Below, piece by piece: positions 62,721 to 64,000 of a stretch of DNA of 64,000 nucleotides; the first letter of the stretch is position 1; every line of letters starts with the position of its first letter. The position numbers and the translations under genes are program-made. The notes under the pieces are model-generated. The model was given only the letters and a program-made list of their open reading frames with translations, had not been told where the DNA came from and made no database searches. The DNA comes from Marsupella aquatica (lineage: Eukaryota; Plantae; Marchantiophyta): NCBI GenBank assembly GCA_973895155.1, contig OZ316898.1, positions 5,443,079-5,507,078 on the forward strand, written 5' to 3'.

Positions 62721-64000
62721 TAATCTCAGTTGTTTGTCACAATGGATAAGCAAAATATATGCAATGATTGATCATCAATACCATCATTCACCTACAAATT
62801 TCCAGATTATATCCCTTAAACATATGATCATCATAGGTTAAGATCACTAGTCTATGTGTCAATTTTGTGTTGGAAGTTCTTGCATGATATGACTTGGTTT
62901 CTTTCACAAGTGATGCAGAGGATTTCTGATAATTAATATTAGTCAGGCGAAAAAGAAAGAACCTTACTAAAAAATGCTTTTGGTAAATCACATTGGACCT
63001 TTTTTCCTCTCATTCGCTGAGGGGGAAAAAAACCCTGGCAAGCACTCTTTGCATGGTAATATGGATATGGCATGCATGGCAGGGCGCAGGGTAGGTCACG
63101 GCAGGGTACGGGAAAGGCAAGGCAGGGTGACACTGTCACTTACAGTAGGTCTGGCGTAAGATTCGTCAGTGTGTAGATCCGTATCATCCCTGCGTAGATC
63201 GTGGCCGTTAGAGGCGGACTACTTTCTTGTACAACCGTACCTTTTCGAGTACAGATTCTACAGCAGGGTGGGGCCTGGCTTTCATACGGTATTAAAATAC
63301 TCTACAGTACGTGGGTATACGGTACCTGTTTACGAACATTCCCTTTACACCTTTACGAACACCCTTCAGTGTAATATGGTATGGTTTCTGGACACCCTCA
63401 CTCACATAGAGAGTATTGTGTTTTTCATCTTTTGGTGCTGTTGCCGGTTGACTCCTATTCATTTAGGCATAGATTATTTTTCATTAAAATTCACCGTATA
63501 TAGTATGGTTTACATACTGCCTGCATTATACAAAGGAGTATCCTCCAATTCTAAGGACTTGTGACCCTCCCTTGACAATTCAGTGTTTCATTCGGAAGCT
63601 TGACCTTCACCGTAAGCTAAGGGCACCTATTATTCGCTCATAATACTTAATTCACTGTGATTTTTCCCCTTGTGATTTCAAGGAGACTAATATACTGTCA
63701 AGTTTTTGTACTACTTATTCAAAAAATTCTTCAACAAATTTACTAAAATTAGTAAAAATTAAAATCTCTTAGGCCTTTAAAAATATGAAGGTCTTGTTTC
63801 CGATGCAATGTTTTCATAGTAGCCACTTAAAACTGGAGTAGAAGCTCTCGGTTTGTTTTGGGCATTATACCACATAAGGAGATGTAAACAGAACATTAGT
63901 ATATGTGTAGGTGCAGGGACATGGAGTGGTTGAATTGTTCAGAAATGCACAATGTCACGTGAGGAGTGGATGTAACTACCTTGGAAATCTGCACCACCTA

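Overview
Eukaryotic nuclear DNA from a land plant, with GT-AG spliced genes separated by decayed transposons and short tandem duplications. A DNMT3-type methyltransferase with a DUF3444 domain points to a non-flowering plant; compact introns and gene density suggest a bryophyte such as a liverwort (inference). Exons were reconstructed by hand with phase checks. Genes in order: API5-like 3' part (+, 1-4436), ZIP Zn/Fe transporter (+), GH17 beta-1,3-glucanase with an unusual Ser/Asp/Asn-repeat tail (-), DNMT3-DUF3444 (-), proteasome lid subunit RPN7 (+), a rearranged partial duplicate of FKBP19 (+), intact thylakoid-lumen FKBP19 (+), and an intronless multi-pass membrane protein (-). Mobile DNA includes Tourist-like and Tc1/Stowaway-like MITEs with TSDs, two solo LTRs with 5-bp TSDs, a non-autonomous Helitron, a fragmented L1 LINE, a gypsy remnant and a tRNA-like SINE head. 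Most interesting: (1) the DNMT3 locus, with a 9 x 93-bp array at its inferred 5' end, a second array downstream, a 220-bp LTR-derived fold-back upstream and an overlapping micro-uORF, which together suggest a methylation-sensing feedback module (hypothesis only); (2) the FKBP19 copy, which keeps its transit and Tat signals but fuses exon 2 to exon 4 and could encode a lumenal micropeptide; (3) the GH17 acidic tail.
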